A stretch of DNA of 64,000 nucleotides from the NCBI GenBank assembly GCA_028534125.1, contig CM052818.1, positions 9,178,001-9,242,000 on the forward strand, read 5' to 3'. Under the pieces are notes generated by a model, which worked only from the letters and a program-made list of their open reading frames with translations, searched no databases and was not told the origin of the DNA. This stretch comes from Lama glama. Lineage: Eukaryota. The translations under genes and the position numbers were made by a program. Positions 12,340-24,759 of the stretch are shown here, piece after piece (within the stretch, counting starts at the first letter, position 1; every line of letters starts with the position of its first letter).

Positions 12340-13590
12340 TATTCATCAATTTATTTATTAATTAATCCAATATTTATTGAATACCTGTTATGTGCCAACA
12401 TTGGACAGTTATGAAGATACAAAAATTAATGACAAGAAATCTCTTTCATCAATAAGCTCAGTTTAGTAGCCCAATAATTACAGGAAGGATTCAGATTAGA
12501 TCCTCTGTCTGTATATTATCCACCAGTGCAAACTTCAAAGCCCATTTCAGGCCTTATCTCTTCATTCATTCATTTAGGAAAAATTTATTACATTAGAATG
12601 ATGAAGATGAAGAGAATACAGTCCCCACCACCAGGAACTTCCATCCTTGTGGGGAAATAAGTAAGGTAGACAGGACCTGATCATGGAAGACGTTATAAGC
12701 CAGTCTAACCAAGGAGGACGGGTTTTATCTTTCAGCAGCAAGGAGCTATTAGACAGTCTTAAGGAAGAGAGAAGCATGAATAAATTTGCAGTTTAGAAAA
12801 ATCAGTTTGACAATGACAAAGCAGATGGATAGTAAGGAAGAGTGGCAGGAGGGAAGAAACCAGAGAGGAAGAAAAACCAAATTCCAAAATTATTTTAAAA
12901 AATAGAAATAACAAGATTTTAGTAACAAGCTGAATGTGAAGACTGAGGGAGAGGATGATGTCCAAGATAACGTCTAAGATTCTGGTCTGAGTGACATGAG
13001 CAGCAGGAGAAGGAGGAACAGGGTGAGTGGGAAAATGAGTTCAATTTTGAATGTGTTTTGTTGCAGGTGACTTTGGAACACCCAGGTGTCAACATCAAAG
13101 TTAGCTGTTGTAAATGTTTGTCTGAAGTTCATGAAAAAGGTAAGGATGGGAGGTAGAGGGAGTCATCACCTTATAGATTGTAGCTGACACATGATTATGA
13201 ATGACATTGCCAGTTCTGTACCCATCCCAAACTACTTCCTAGTCCCAAATGTCTTATATTCTTCCACCATTCAGTTTTAAAATTAATTTATTATTAATTA
13301 ATTCCTTCATTTGGTTGCATAATACATGTGGAACTCCAATATCATATGCTAGGTGACATGAAAGACCCTGAGTGTGCATAGATGAATGAGCTTTGATTCC
13401 CTACCCTAAAGGATATCATAATGTGGCTCTTGACTACAAACTAATTGTCTAGTTCTGTGTGTCTAAGTCTTATGTCTCTAAGAAGAAGATAAACTCCCAA
13501 AGTTTATCCTCTTAGGCTCTTTTTAAAAAATCCCTGCAAATACCTAGCACAAAGTTCTGCTCTTTGTAGATGCTCAGAATGAACCTTGAG
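12340..13590. mobile_element. Cluster of L2 fragments (mostly minus)
   Basis: atatttattgaatacctgttatgtgcca, gagttcaattttgaatgtg...ggaacacccaggtg, tacctagcacaaag. Confidence 0.65.
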
Positions 13591-13669
13591 TGATAAATTA
13601 CTTACTTAAAAATACAAACCAATTTATTTATTTTTAAATAGTTTTTTGGGGGAAGAGTTCTGACTAGAA

Positions 13670-14130
13670 AAGTATTAAAATTTCATTGTAAAAAAATCTA
13701 GAAACTACATTTAAAAAGATAAAGAAACTGATAATCGTTTCAAAAACACTGTCCAAAGATAACCACTATTAATATTTTACATAAAATACTCATAATCCTT
13801 TTTCTAGTGTAAAAATATGCCTTGTTACATTTTTGGTAAAACAGATCATATTGAACATATTTTTGTGTCACTTTTTCCCATTTACATATGCTGTATCATG
13901 AACATACTCTTATGCCATTAAATACAGATTTTCATCATTAGTTTTAAACCATTTCATTATTTTGCATTGTATGGCTGTACCGTAATTTATTTAGCAGGTC
14001 CTGCAGTGATGGAAACTTAGGTTACTTCCAAATGTTTACTACTATAAACAGTGTAATGGTGAATATCTTTGTACTTAAGACTTTATATATTGTGTGATCT
14101 TTTTTGTACAATAAATGTCTAGAATTGAGT
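13670..14130 (-). mobile_element. Old L1ME-type 3' fragment
   Basis: gataaccactattaatatttt...gatggaaacttaggttacttcca...gtgaatatctttgtac. Confidence 0.7.
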
Positions 14131-14429
14131 TTGTGAGACTTTATGGGTCTCAACAAATTGTTTTTCAAGTACGAGACTATCCCCATCTAGGGTTTTAATT
14201 TCAAAATTCTAATTAAAGTTCTTTTTGGAGACTATTTAGAAGCCAAATACAGAGACCTAAGACTTTTTAAAAGTAGAAATATAGCATATATACATAAAAT
14301 TCACAAATCAAAACTGAGCTTCATAAAATTTTATAAAATGACCACACACATGAAACCCAGACTAAGAAATAGATCACCAAAACCTCAGAAGCCCTCTTCT
14401 GCCTTCCAGTCACTGCACACCATGACCAC

Positions 14430-16950
14430 TTTCTTCCCAGCAAGCTCTCAGCCAGTGACTGGCATGGCATAGTCCTAGTGCCTGGACATTTCTGCCAACA
14501 CTGACCCCCTCTGTGGGCTGGCCAATATTCTGTCAGAGCTACACCTCAGTCTAAGGCTCTTCCTACTCAGTCCTTCTTCCTTTCCCCTCTCCTTTCCCAG
14601 GTGTCAGACCTGCATCCTGGTCTAAAATTTTACCCTGGCTACTCCTGCTCCTTTTCCCTTTTGTCCTTAAATACATGTTTCCAGCAATAAATCTCTTGCA
14701 TTTCTAACTCTGCCTTGATGTCTGCTGCCCAGATGATCCACCAACACAAATGGTACTGGACGTGGGCTGAAATGACAAACTCAGTTTGAGAACTGCACCA
14801 CATACCTCCCAGCTGTCAAAGAGGACCCCATCCAAGTAGTATGTGGGCACTGATAGTCTCAGCCACAAGTGGTAGCCCAATTGCTAAAAATATCACCAGT
14901 GGTGACTTGAGAGTGACATCCCAGTGCAGAATTCCCTGGCTGGTGAGATGATTCAAGCCTTCTTAAATGCACGTGGTCAGGCATAAGGATAATGGAATTG
15001 GCTGGGTATTAAAAAGTCGCACTGACATCCTACAGAGGAATAATTTGACATCCTACAGAGGAATAATTGGAAATGAAGGGCAATTAACAAAAAGTTTCAG
15101 CTAAATACGAGAGCCAGAGGGATCTCTTTGGTAGCTTATAAAGTAGAGGAGTTAGCACAACCTAGGAGTAAACTCAGGAACTGATATTTAGGGGCCCCTA
15201 AAACAGTTGAATGCTGGCCATGGCAGGTCCACTATACCCTGGATGAGAGAACCAGGGGCCCCAAAACGGGATGGGATCATCTCAGTGGATATCCTCAAAG
15301 AATTTTGGTCTGCAGATTCCCCTGAACCCTTAGAATCTACAGAGGTGGCCCACCCCTCTTTATTCAGGAAGACACTGCAGAGGCCTCTCTCCAAGGCAAC
15401 AGATGCCCACCTCAGGAGCTATGCCACCCCCTCTCCTGACCGCCAGGTTGATAGTTATGGTTAAATCCCCACATGACTTGACTGGGACATACTGGACCTG
15501 ATAAGGGTAATAGTGTCCCTCCCTCAGCTCACACCTATCAGGGGCATCCAGTATGACCAGCTAAATAAAGGAGGAGGAAAAATAGGCCAAGCTTGGTTTA
15601 TAGATGGGTCAGCTCAATTGTGGGCGGAAACTTTGTCATTCGAACTGGCACAATGGGCACATGAATGGAGTGGCCACGGTGGCAGAGACAGAGACTGCAT
15701 ATAGGCCCAACAGCGTGGACACCCACTTATCAAAGCTGGCCTCACAATTACTGCCACTGAATATCCAACCTGCCAGAGACCAATGCTCAGCCCCTTAAAT
15801 GGCCCTATTCCTTGAGGAAACTCACATGTAATAAGTAGAGTTGGGCCCCTTGCATCCTGGAAGACAGAGACCCATTTTCACATAAATGGACATTTATTTG
15901 AATATGGATTTGCTTTTCCTTTTCTCAGAGCTGCAGCCATTACCACTATCCAGGTATTCAGGGGCTCACAGAGTCTTTGATCCATAGGCGTGGAATCTCA
16001 TACAACATGGATTCTGACCAAGGGACCATGTTCTGAACAAAAGAGGTGTGGGCATGGGCCCATGGCCCTGGGATTCACTGCAGCATCAGAAGCTGCCGAC
16101 CCGATAAAGTGGTGGAATGACCTGCTGAGAGCATAGCTGAAATACCATCTTGGGCACTCCTCTGGGATACAGTATATGCACTGAATCAGAGGCCTTTGTA
16201 TGGTGCTGTCTCCAGTAGGAAGAAAATATGGGCCTAGGAGCCAAGAAGTGGAAGCAGGAGTGGCTCCACTTGCCATCACTCCCCTGGAGGATTTTGTTTC
16301 ACATCTGCAACTCTGGGCTATGCGTGGCTGGAGGGCCTGGTAGGGAAGTGCACTGTTGCCACTGAACACGGTGAATGACAAACTGTGGCTGCTGCCTGGA
16401 CACTTTGAATTCCTGTGTCTGGGGACCAACAGGCAGGAAGAAGAGTCATCATTTTGGCAGAGGTCAAAGTCACCATTTTGGCAGAGGTCATTATCCCTGA
16501 TCAGCAAGTAGAGGCAGGGCTCCTGTTATACAGTGGGGGCAAAGAGGAATATGTGTGGAACTCACGTGGGACTCACTTGGGTGTCTCTTGGCACTTCAGT
16601 GTTGAACTGCAACCTTGAATGGACAAGTGCAGTAATCCCAGCATGAGAAGGGCATGGTTAACAAAAGCTCACACCTCTCAGAATGGAGGAACATGGAGGA
16701 GCTGCTTCCTGAACCTGTGCAGAGAAGTAAGTCTGTGCAGCAGAAGGGGTGAACCATGGTGACATGGATAGGTGTGCTGTCCAAACATTCCTTCAAGAAA
16801 GAACTTAGTGATGAGCTGCAAGGGGAGCAGTTTGCTGACAGGCTCAGATTGCGACACCGCAGGCCAGGCTTTTTCCCAGCAGTCCCCAGCCCACGACTGA
16901 GCATGGCAAGGGTCTGCCCAGCACTGTCCCTCATGTATGGGAACTTCTGT
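14430..16950 (+). mobile_element. Internally deleted ERV-L provirus (LTR16 / ERV3-16A3-like): partial 5'LTR ~14430-14748, internal ~14749-16754, partial 3'LTR from 16755
   Basis: LTR16-type end aataaatctcttgcatttctaactctgccttgatgtctgctgcc...aacaca; pol remnants AWFIDGSA (RNase H), AQWAHEWSGHGGRD (integrase HHCC), DSDQGT near 16010; dUTPase-like LLPGHF near 16390; polypurine tract aaggggtgaac at 16744-16754. Confidence 0.85.
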
Positions 16951-16959
16951 ACTCAAACC

Positions 16960-17375
16960 TCAATCACAGGTTTCCAACAGGAGCACATAGGCTCTTATAT
17001 GTCCCCGCTCTGACCACCAAAGTTGATCAGTCTAAGGATGGGTACCTGACCCAAGTTAGGCCATTCCATTCTTCCCTTGGAATTTTTTTTATTTTGAAAC
17101 TATAATTCAGAAGGGGCTCTCTCCTCTTCAGAAATTTCATGGTTTCTGGCCATGTGAGGAAGCACATCTGCAGTGAACAAGAATAAAGTCAACACAAGCA
17201 GAGAAGTGCAAAGGCAGGAGACAGAGTGCCTGAGGCATTCGAGTCTTGAGGTCCAGCTGTACCCAGCTCTTCTGGGGTCTGACTCTTCTGACCTTTTCCT
17301 TCTATTGGGTAAGATAGTCTAATGTGCTTCCAATAAATAACTAAATTGAAATCGGATGTTAATCACATGTGACCA
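16960..17375 (+). mobile_element. Old MaLR LTR (MLT1 family)
   Basis: gatcagtctaaggatgggtacctgacccaagttaggcca...ttccaataaat. Confidence 0.65.
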
Positions 17376-17574
17376 CATAAATTATGGCACACATTTAGAA
17401 ATATCCTATGCCTATTTCATATTAATAGTTAACACTGAGCGAGTTGAGGGTTTATTATAGTCCAGACACTGGTTTAAGTACTTTACATATATGAATTCAT
17501 TTAGTCATCTCAGCAATGAGTCCACCCAAATGCCCTCTCTCTACTGTTTTTCCCAAGGAAACTTTATTTTAAAA

Positions 17575-18315
17575 TAAAAAATACTCCTAGAGGAAAACAT
17601 GGGCAAAACACTCTGACATAAATCACAGCAATATTTTTTTGGATCCACCTTCTAAAGCAAAGGAAACAAAACCAAAAATAAATGAACAGGACCTAATTCA
17701 ACATAAAAGCTTTTGCACAGCAAAGGAAACCACTGACAAAATGAAAAGGCAACCTACTGAATGGGAGACAATATTTGAAAATGGTATAACTGATAAGGGG
17801 TTAATATCCAACAGCTCATATAACTCAACATCAAGAAAACAAGCAACCTGATTAAAAAATAGGCATAAGAACTGAATAGACATTTTTCCAAGGAGGAAAT
17901 GCAGATGGCCAACATGCACGTGCAAAGATGTTCAAAATCGCTAATCATCAGGGAAATGCAAGTCAAAACTGCAATGAGATATCACTTCACACCTGTCAGA
18001 ATGGCTATCACCAAAGAACTCGAATAACAAGTGTTGGCAAGGATGTGAAGAAAAGGGAACCCTCCTACACTGTTGGTAGGAATGTAAATTGGTACAGCCA
18101 CTGTGGAAGACAGTATGGAGGTTTCTAAAAAGCTAAAAATAGAACTACCATATAACTCAGCAATGCCACTCCTGGGTATATATACCCAAAAAAGACAAAA
18201 ACACTAATTTGAAAAGATACATGCACCCCAGTCTTCATATCAGCATTATTTACAGTTGCCAAGGTATGGAAGCAATCTAAGTGTCTATCAACAAATGAAT
18301 GGATAAAGATGATGT

Positions 18316-18349
<34 letters not shown>

Positions 18350-18830
18350 GCAACATGAATGGATTTGGAGGGCTATGCTAATTATGCTAATTGAAATAAG
18401 TCGGATAGAGAAAGACAAATACTGTATGGTACCACTTACATGTGGAATCTAAAAAAATACAACAAACTAGAGGGTAGGTATAGCTCAGTGATAGAGCACA
18501 TGCTTAGCATGCAGGAGGTCCTGGGTTCAATCTCCAGTACCTCCATTAATAAAATAAAATAGTAATAAGAAAATAAAAAAGAACTATAAAATTAAAAAAA
18601 ATACAACTAGTGAATAAAACAAAAAAGAAGCGTATGCACAGATATAGAGAACAAATTAGTGGTTAACAGTGGGGAACTAGAAGTGGGGAGGGGCAATATA
18701 GGGGTAAGGGATAAAAGAAAGGGGTTATTATGCGATTATATGAAATCGTGCGAATCTTTTGAAAATTGTAAAGCACTATAGAATTTAAAGAATCTTTCAT
18801 TCAATTAAAATTTTTTAATTTAAAAAAGAA
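17575..18830 (+). mobile_element. L1 3' portion (degraded ORF2 C-terminus + 3'UTR) interrupted by a SINE
   Basis: ORF 17639-17851 has KSFCTAKETTDKMKRQPTEWE (L1 ORF2); the 3'UTR and A-rich end follow. Confidence 0.93.
18471..18600 (+). mobile_element. Camelid Vic-1-like tRNA-Ala(AGC)-derived SINE with target-site duplication
   Basis: gtatagctcagtgatagagcacatgcttagcatgcaggaggtcctgggttcaatctccagtacctcca + A-rich tail; flanks aaaaaaatacaacaaactag / aaaaaaatacaactag. Confidence 0.9.
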
Positions 18831-19115
18831 ACAAATAAACAAATAAATAAGAGATTCTAATACATGTCCTATTAGGGGCTCCAGAGAGCCAACTTTGGAG
18901 ATGTGCAATCTTAGCATTTTAGTCAGTGATGACAGCTCTGATTTGTGGCTTGAGCAACACAGGTTTGCGGGTGGAGGTATCAACTCCTCAGAGAGGCCTA
19001 TTTTTAATAATAGGGAAGGTAGTGTTATATATAAGCAGAATTGATAATATACAGCTTGTTATCTTAAATTGGGATTTAAGGTTTGACAAGTATGAATGCT
19101 TACATAGTCAGAACA

Positions 19116-19459
19116 TGTAAGATGGGACAATCTTGAAAGTCCAAAAAGGATGCCACTGAAGGGGAGCAGGACCCTGTACCCCATCCCCTAAAACCTGCCT
19201 CTTACTTATAGAAAAACTGAAGTCTCCCAGGCCTCCCTGAGTCCTAGAAGAGCAGGCTCAAGCAGTTGATTAGGACAAGCCTGCAGGCATTGGAGGATGG
19301 CAATGACTCTGACCACCTAGCTCGGCGATTAGCTGAGATTACTCCCCTATTTCCCTTTAAAACTTTCATGGCTCTTTGGAGATTTTTTTTTTTTTCACAG
19401 GGGATGCTGGGTCCACTAGATTGCAGGCATTAAAAGCAACTCCTTTTTGTTACCAATGC
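19116..19459 (+). mobile_element. ERV1-type LTR, apparently lacking U5
   Basis: Starts TGTAAGA; ccctttaaaa TATA-like element; ATTAAA poly(A) signal near 19429. Confidence 0.55.
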
Positions 19460-20791
19460 TGTTGCCCCCAGGATCACACCCTTACCCCTCCCTCAAATAG
19501 AAACCAATTACTAAGTCTCAGGAGGCAGCTACATAGAAGAAACAAAAACTGGCCCAACATTCCCCCCTGACAGACTGGCAGTGACAAATCTTTGGAACAG
19601 GGCGAAGGTCTCTTCTTCGGTGTCTACTTCCTGCTGAACTGTGGGTGTCGTGCTGTTCCTGCCTATGGTGCCAATCTGTCCAGGGTTATGGGGTCCCAAA
19701 ATCCCTGTAGCCTTAAAGGTAGGAGTAGAGGGAGACCCCAGTGGCGTCCAAGGGCTGTGTCACCAGGATGTTGTTTTTATTCATGGCAGCAGTCTTGGTA
19801 GGAGGGGTGTATTTGTTCCTAAGTTCTTGGACCTGGCATGGTGATTAAAGGCAGGAAGCATGGCAAATCTGGAGGAGTGATCCGCAAAAGCAGAGAGAAG
19901 GGGCAAAGGTGTACCACGTGGGCCGGAGAACCAAGGAGTGTCTCAAGGGCCAGAGTCAGAGGAGGGGAGAGATAGAGGAAGAGGGAGATGGAGAGAAGAG
20001 TATTTAGAAAAGAAAAGATGCCTTTCCCATGAGCATTCACCACTACAGGTGGCACTCATTTCCATCTGTCAGACCGAGTTTCAGAGCCCGCTGAGAGTAG
20101 CCCAGCCAGGGTTCCTCAATCCTGGGCAAGACTTCAGGGAATTTCCAAATGAATGCTAGGGAGCGGCAGAAGGTATGAGAGAGCAAAGGAAAGCAGAAGG
20201 AAGTCTGCCCTGATGATTCTGGCCTCCAGAAAGGAGCCTACGATCAAGTCCAGGGGAGACTCCTGTAGGGAGGGGGAGAAAGAGATAAGCCCAAAGGGCT
20301 ACCCCAGAGTTGTACCACGTACAGGCCACCAAATGTTGTGGGCACAACAGGGCGGCCCACTCAGGGACATGGTGACATGCATGGGTTTGGTAAAAGAATT
20401 TACCAGAGGTAAAGTATGGGAATAGAAAAGAGTTTATTAGGGTACACTGCCATAGACAACAGCAAGTTACACAGAGGAGAGATGCCTGTGTGAACACCGA
20501 GGTGAAGAACATGGGAAAAGTTTAGTAGTTACGCTGCTATAGGCAACAGCGGGCTATACAAGCGAGGGGTGCCTGCGTGAGCCATTCCTTGGTATTCTTA
20601 AGTGGAGCAGGAGTCAGTGAGGGTAGGGGAGAGAGGCAGGGAAGGGCCCTGGCATCTGGGCACTGGTGTGCACCCCCAACTCAGCTGTGTGGTTAATTTG
20701 TGAACAGTTTTTGCTGCTACTGTTATCTTCAGCTCTTCCTTCCCTGTTTATCAGTTCAGCTGGCTTTTGCTCTGGAACTCCACGTCCCACA
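19460..20791 (-). mobile_element. Non-autonomous ERV1-like element: 5'LTR 20791-20334, tRNA-Ile PBS 20331-20314, short internal region, PPT at ~19560-19568
   Basis: Minus strand: LTR TG...CA with AATAAA; PBS TGGTGGCCTGTACGTGGT matches TGGTGGCCCGTACGGGGA (tRNA-Ile) at 15/18; 3' end cagcaggaagtag...aggggggaa|TGTTGGG is typical of class I ERVs. Confidence 0.7.
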
Positions 20792-21479
20792 TGGCCCTTC
20801 TCTTTCTGCTCTGAACTAGAACAAATGATTAACCACACAAAATAGCCATCGACACTCTTTCCAAGGACATCAATGACCTCATTAAGTCCAAACCCAGGGA
20901 CAATTTCTCCTCAACCTCTCAGCGGTGTGTGACACTGTTGCTTCTCCCTCCTCATCCTTGTTCTCCTCTGCCATCCCTCAGACCATTTGTCCTCCTTTTG
21001 CAAAGACAAACCTCTTTGCTGCTCCCTGGGCCTGCACGGTCCCATTTATTCTTAGGCCCCAGCACAGTGCCCTTAAACTAATGGCTCCTAACCTGTACCT
21101 CCCACTTCAGCCTCAGGCCCAACTCACTGTTCCGCCTGCGTGACTCACTTCTGAGTTTATCCTTGTTCTCAAACCAGGTTCCAGGTTGCTCTGAATGGGG
21201 AAAGGGAACCCACACTGACCCCAGGCTCTTGGGTGCCACATCCTGGTCTAGGCTCCTCATTTCATCTTCACAATGGCTCTGCGAGGAAGGAGCTGTGATC
21301 TGCATTTTACAGCTGAAAAAACGCAAGAGGAAGAAACCAAAATTGAGGTCTGTCTGAATCCAAACTCCATGTTCTTTCTAATGCTTAGAACCACCTCCCA
21401 TAATTCATTCAATGGACTGATGCTCTCAGCCAGGATGGCTAAAGTACCATCTAACCCCTACAGGTTTGCAATTTAGTGA

Positions 21480-22730
21480 GAGAAACAGAGAAGATACAGG
21501 TAAATATGGTGGTGTGGTCAGTGATATGATAGGGCTCTTTGGGAACGCACAGAAAGAGCACCTAACTCAGCCTTTGTGGTCAGAAAAAGCCTCCACCAAA
21601 GAGAAAAAATCTGTGCTGAATCAAGAACAACTAGTAGGAATTACAAAGGAAGAGAAGGGGGTCGGAGGGGTGACATCAGGCAGAGGGAGCAGTGAGTGCA
21701 AATGCCTGAAATTAGGGGAGAGAGAGTTGGGAGGCTGCAAGCAGTTCAGTGTGGCCTGAGATAAAGATGAGCAGCAGCCAGCTAGAATCTAGGTTGAGGG
21801 TATGGGAAACCACTGACTGCTTTTAGCCAAGGAGAGGCTGGTTCAGATTTGCATATGAAAAAGAACGACTCTGGCTGCAAGTAGAGCATGGACTCCAGAG
21901 GGGCCCAAAGTGGGAGGGCAGGAAGACCTATTAGCAGGCCACTGTCACAGTGCAGATAAGATATGATGATAGGCAAACTAAGGTCGTGGCCCCCTAGATG
22001 AGGAGGAATAAAGAGAAATCCAGAAGGAAGAGTGCATGGGACTCAGTGGTTGATTAGATGTTATTAGATGTGGAGGGCAGCCAAGGAATCAGGGGTAATG
22101 TTTACAGTTAGAAGTGGACGACTGTGTGGATGGTGGTAGAGTCACTGAGAGAGAGACGCAGAAGAAGGGGCAAGTATGGGGGGATGCTGATAAATTTCAC
22201 TTGGGATGTGTTGAGTTTACTTGCCAATGGGACACCCAGATCAGGATGTCAGGTAGACAGCAGTCTGTGGGCTTGTAGTTCAGGAGAAATAACTGTTGGG
22301 ATAGAGACAGAGGTTTGAGTTTCATCAATGGTAACTTAATAGGAGTCTATGAATATTCCAAAGGGATGTAAAGTGGGAGGGGAATCAGGCTGAAGAAGGA
22401 GCTCTGAGATATACCCACATTTAGGAGGTGAGGAGAAGAAAGACCTTAAGGGAGCCTGAGGAGAAGCCAGAGAAGCAGGAGGAAAACCAAAACAGTGTGA
22501 TGTTGTGGAAGCAAAGGGAGGGAAGGAGTGGAGTTTAAGACGCTAGAAGCGTAACCAGTTTCAGCAATAGGGAAGTTATGGGTGCCCTTACTGAGAGCGG
22601 TCTCGGCTGAGTTTGGGTGGCAAAAGCCAGTCTGTAGTGGGATGAAGAGAGACTGGATTGTAAGCAAATGTGGATGGCGAGCATGGACAACATTTTCAAG
22701 ATGCCTAGTTGCAGTAAGTTCACTGTGAAA
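21480..22730 (-). mobile_element. L2 LINE, long degraded fragment
   Basis: gactctggctgc, ttcacttgggatgtgttgagttt, gaggaaaaccaaaacagtgtgatgtt, caaaagccagtctgtagtggg are reverse L2 motifs. Confidence 0.85.
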
Positions 22731-24239
22731 ATCAAATGAGATGATAAAAATAAAGCAATCAACACACTGCACAGCACATAACAATAATTCAATAAATGTT
22801 AGCTATTATTATATATTAAGGAATATATTTTAAGGAAAAAGAGAGCCAATGGTAGCTGTAAGTAAATGTGAGTTTAGGGAGGATTTTTTTAAAAGACCTC
22901 TATCCTTACCATATTGAAAAAGAAAAAAAAGAAAAAAGCTTCAAAAACCACATCAAAGAAATACATGCAAATGGTTCAAAAAAGCAACAATCCTCTGAGC
23001 CACCTTCCCCAGCCCAGAGGCAACCACTTTGAACTATTTCTGTGTTGTGGTAAATCCCATATTGCTAATTAATCTCCTAATATGACTGTTTCTTGATTTA
23101 TCCACCTTAGACATTATCTCTTAACTTCCTCATATGCTGAATAAGAATTTAGTTCTCTTATACTTCTCTCATCCAAAGTGGTTGTATCACCATTCTCAGT
23201 TTCTCTGCTGGCCACCTTTGCAACCCTCTCATGCTCTATTTTTCATTCCATTAATCATAGATAGCATCTCTTATCTCCCTGCATTTAAGATGAGGATGTC
23301 AGTAGCCTACTCTCCCCACCACCTCTCAGGGGAAAAGGTTTGTTTTTGTTTGTTTTGTTTTGTTTTGTTTTTAAAATATGGGAGACTCTTGAGTAGGCTT
23401 AAATGAAATGAATGGAAGTGAACAATTGAAGATAGATGACAAAACAGTTGTTGGCACGAGAAGATGAATTCAGTGCTCAGTGTAGGACATCTTCATGATG
23501 GCACCATCAATTTCCTAGTACAAGTCTTAGAATCTTGTAGAATATGTGGAACTCCTCTGCACCCTGGATCCAAACAGCCATAAAATTCCATAGATTCCAC
23601 CTCTTCAGGTTCCATCTTTTTATTCTTTTCTCTCTTGTCTGTGGCTTTATTTCAGACTTTGATTATTTCTGACTTAAACAGTGAACTTCTAAATGATCTC
23701 TCTTTCTCCTCACTTTCTATGTTACACTGATCCCCATTATTCTTAAAGCAGAGCTCTCATCGTCTTACTCCCTTGTTCAGAATCCACAGTCTGGCTTACA
23801 AGGTCTTCTACAATGTAGTCTCAGCCCAACATGAGGTAAGGGAAGGTTAAATCATGGAGGAGTGAGTTGGAGGTCAGAGGCAAGTGGAACATGTTCCTTA
23901 TGTACAAGCATAGTTTCTCAGGCCCACCTATTTAACAAGAGCCTCAGGAGCCTTCTGGAAGAGGTAAAGGCTGGTTAACCACCAGAGGTGTGTCTGTTGC
24001 CAAGTCCAGTGACCACAGCCATGTGCTCTGGTTCAGAAATCATCTTAATATTTCCTTTGAAAATTCACAAAAGAAGAAATACAAACAGCCAATAAACATT
24101 TAAAAGTTCAACATCACTAGTTAGAATGTCAGCCATGAGAAAAGGTGTGTACCATTTTTTGAAAGAGCTTAGCCATTATTTCTAGTAGCGACAGTTTAGC
24201 TGGCATCTGCTTTCCCCTCCTTCTCTGGTCTGAGCCCTT

Positions 24240-24620
24240 TGCGGAACTGGATAGGCCTGGCATAGGGCACAACTGCGGAGAGCATGTGAGGCATGTACCT
24301 CTGTGTCACGGAAGCTCTGACACTGAGCGAGATTATTTTTAGAGGTGACCTTCTAGGTTCCAAGGAAAAGTAAACAGACACGCACATGATTTCCTCTGAG
24401 AGCCTCGTGGTAAACAAATTGGCATGCACAAGCTCACCCTTATCCCATGTTCTGAATCCAGGGCATTTAAAGAGCAAGTTCAGGTGAAAAGCTTTCTTGA
24501 AAGCTGGAAGCCAACCAGGTTGAAGAGATGGGTAAACTGAGTGAAAGTTCACAGCTTCTAGCTACCGGGTCAGAGAACTGCAGGTGAAACAATTTATTTA
24601 TTCCAAATTCTTGGAAAACA
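24240..24620. promoter_or_regulatory. Candidate intronic enhancer with forkhead and STAT/BCL6 motifs, overlapping a candidate minus exon (24438-24577)
   Basis: GTAAACA at 24370 and 24410; TTCTTGGAA at 24608; repeat-free with several CpGs; minus acceptor tttcacctgcAG and donor AGG|GTGAGC. Confidence 0.4.
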
Positions 24621-24759
24621 TGTTGTTTTAAATAAAGTTTCAAGACTTCTTCATGAAAATACTGCTAGAACTTACTATTTAATGTCTTGCCTTTTATTTT
24701 GTATTATCCCATTTGTTTTACCTTCGTTGTTTTTCCTATGCAGTGTGTTTATTTGTTTT

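Noticed and set aside
15998..16507. 169-aa minus-strand ORF
   Set aside because: Antisense to the ERV-L integrase/dUTPase remnant, with no recognisable protein features.
18477..18545. Apparent tRNA-Ala(AGC) gene
   Set aside because: Has an A-rich tail and TSD, sits inside an L1, and has mismatches in the D and T arms: a SINE, not a tRNA gene.
23977..23995. CCACCAGAGGTGTG as a CTCF site
   Set aside because: The 3' half lacks the GGC of the core.
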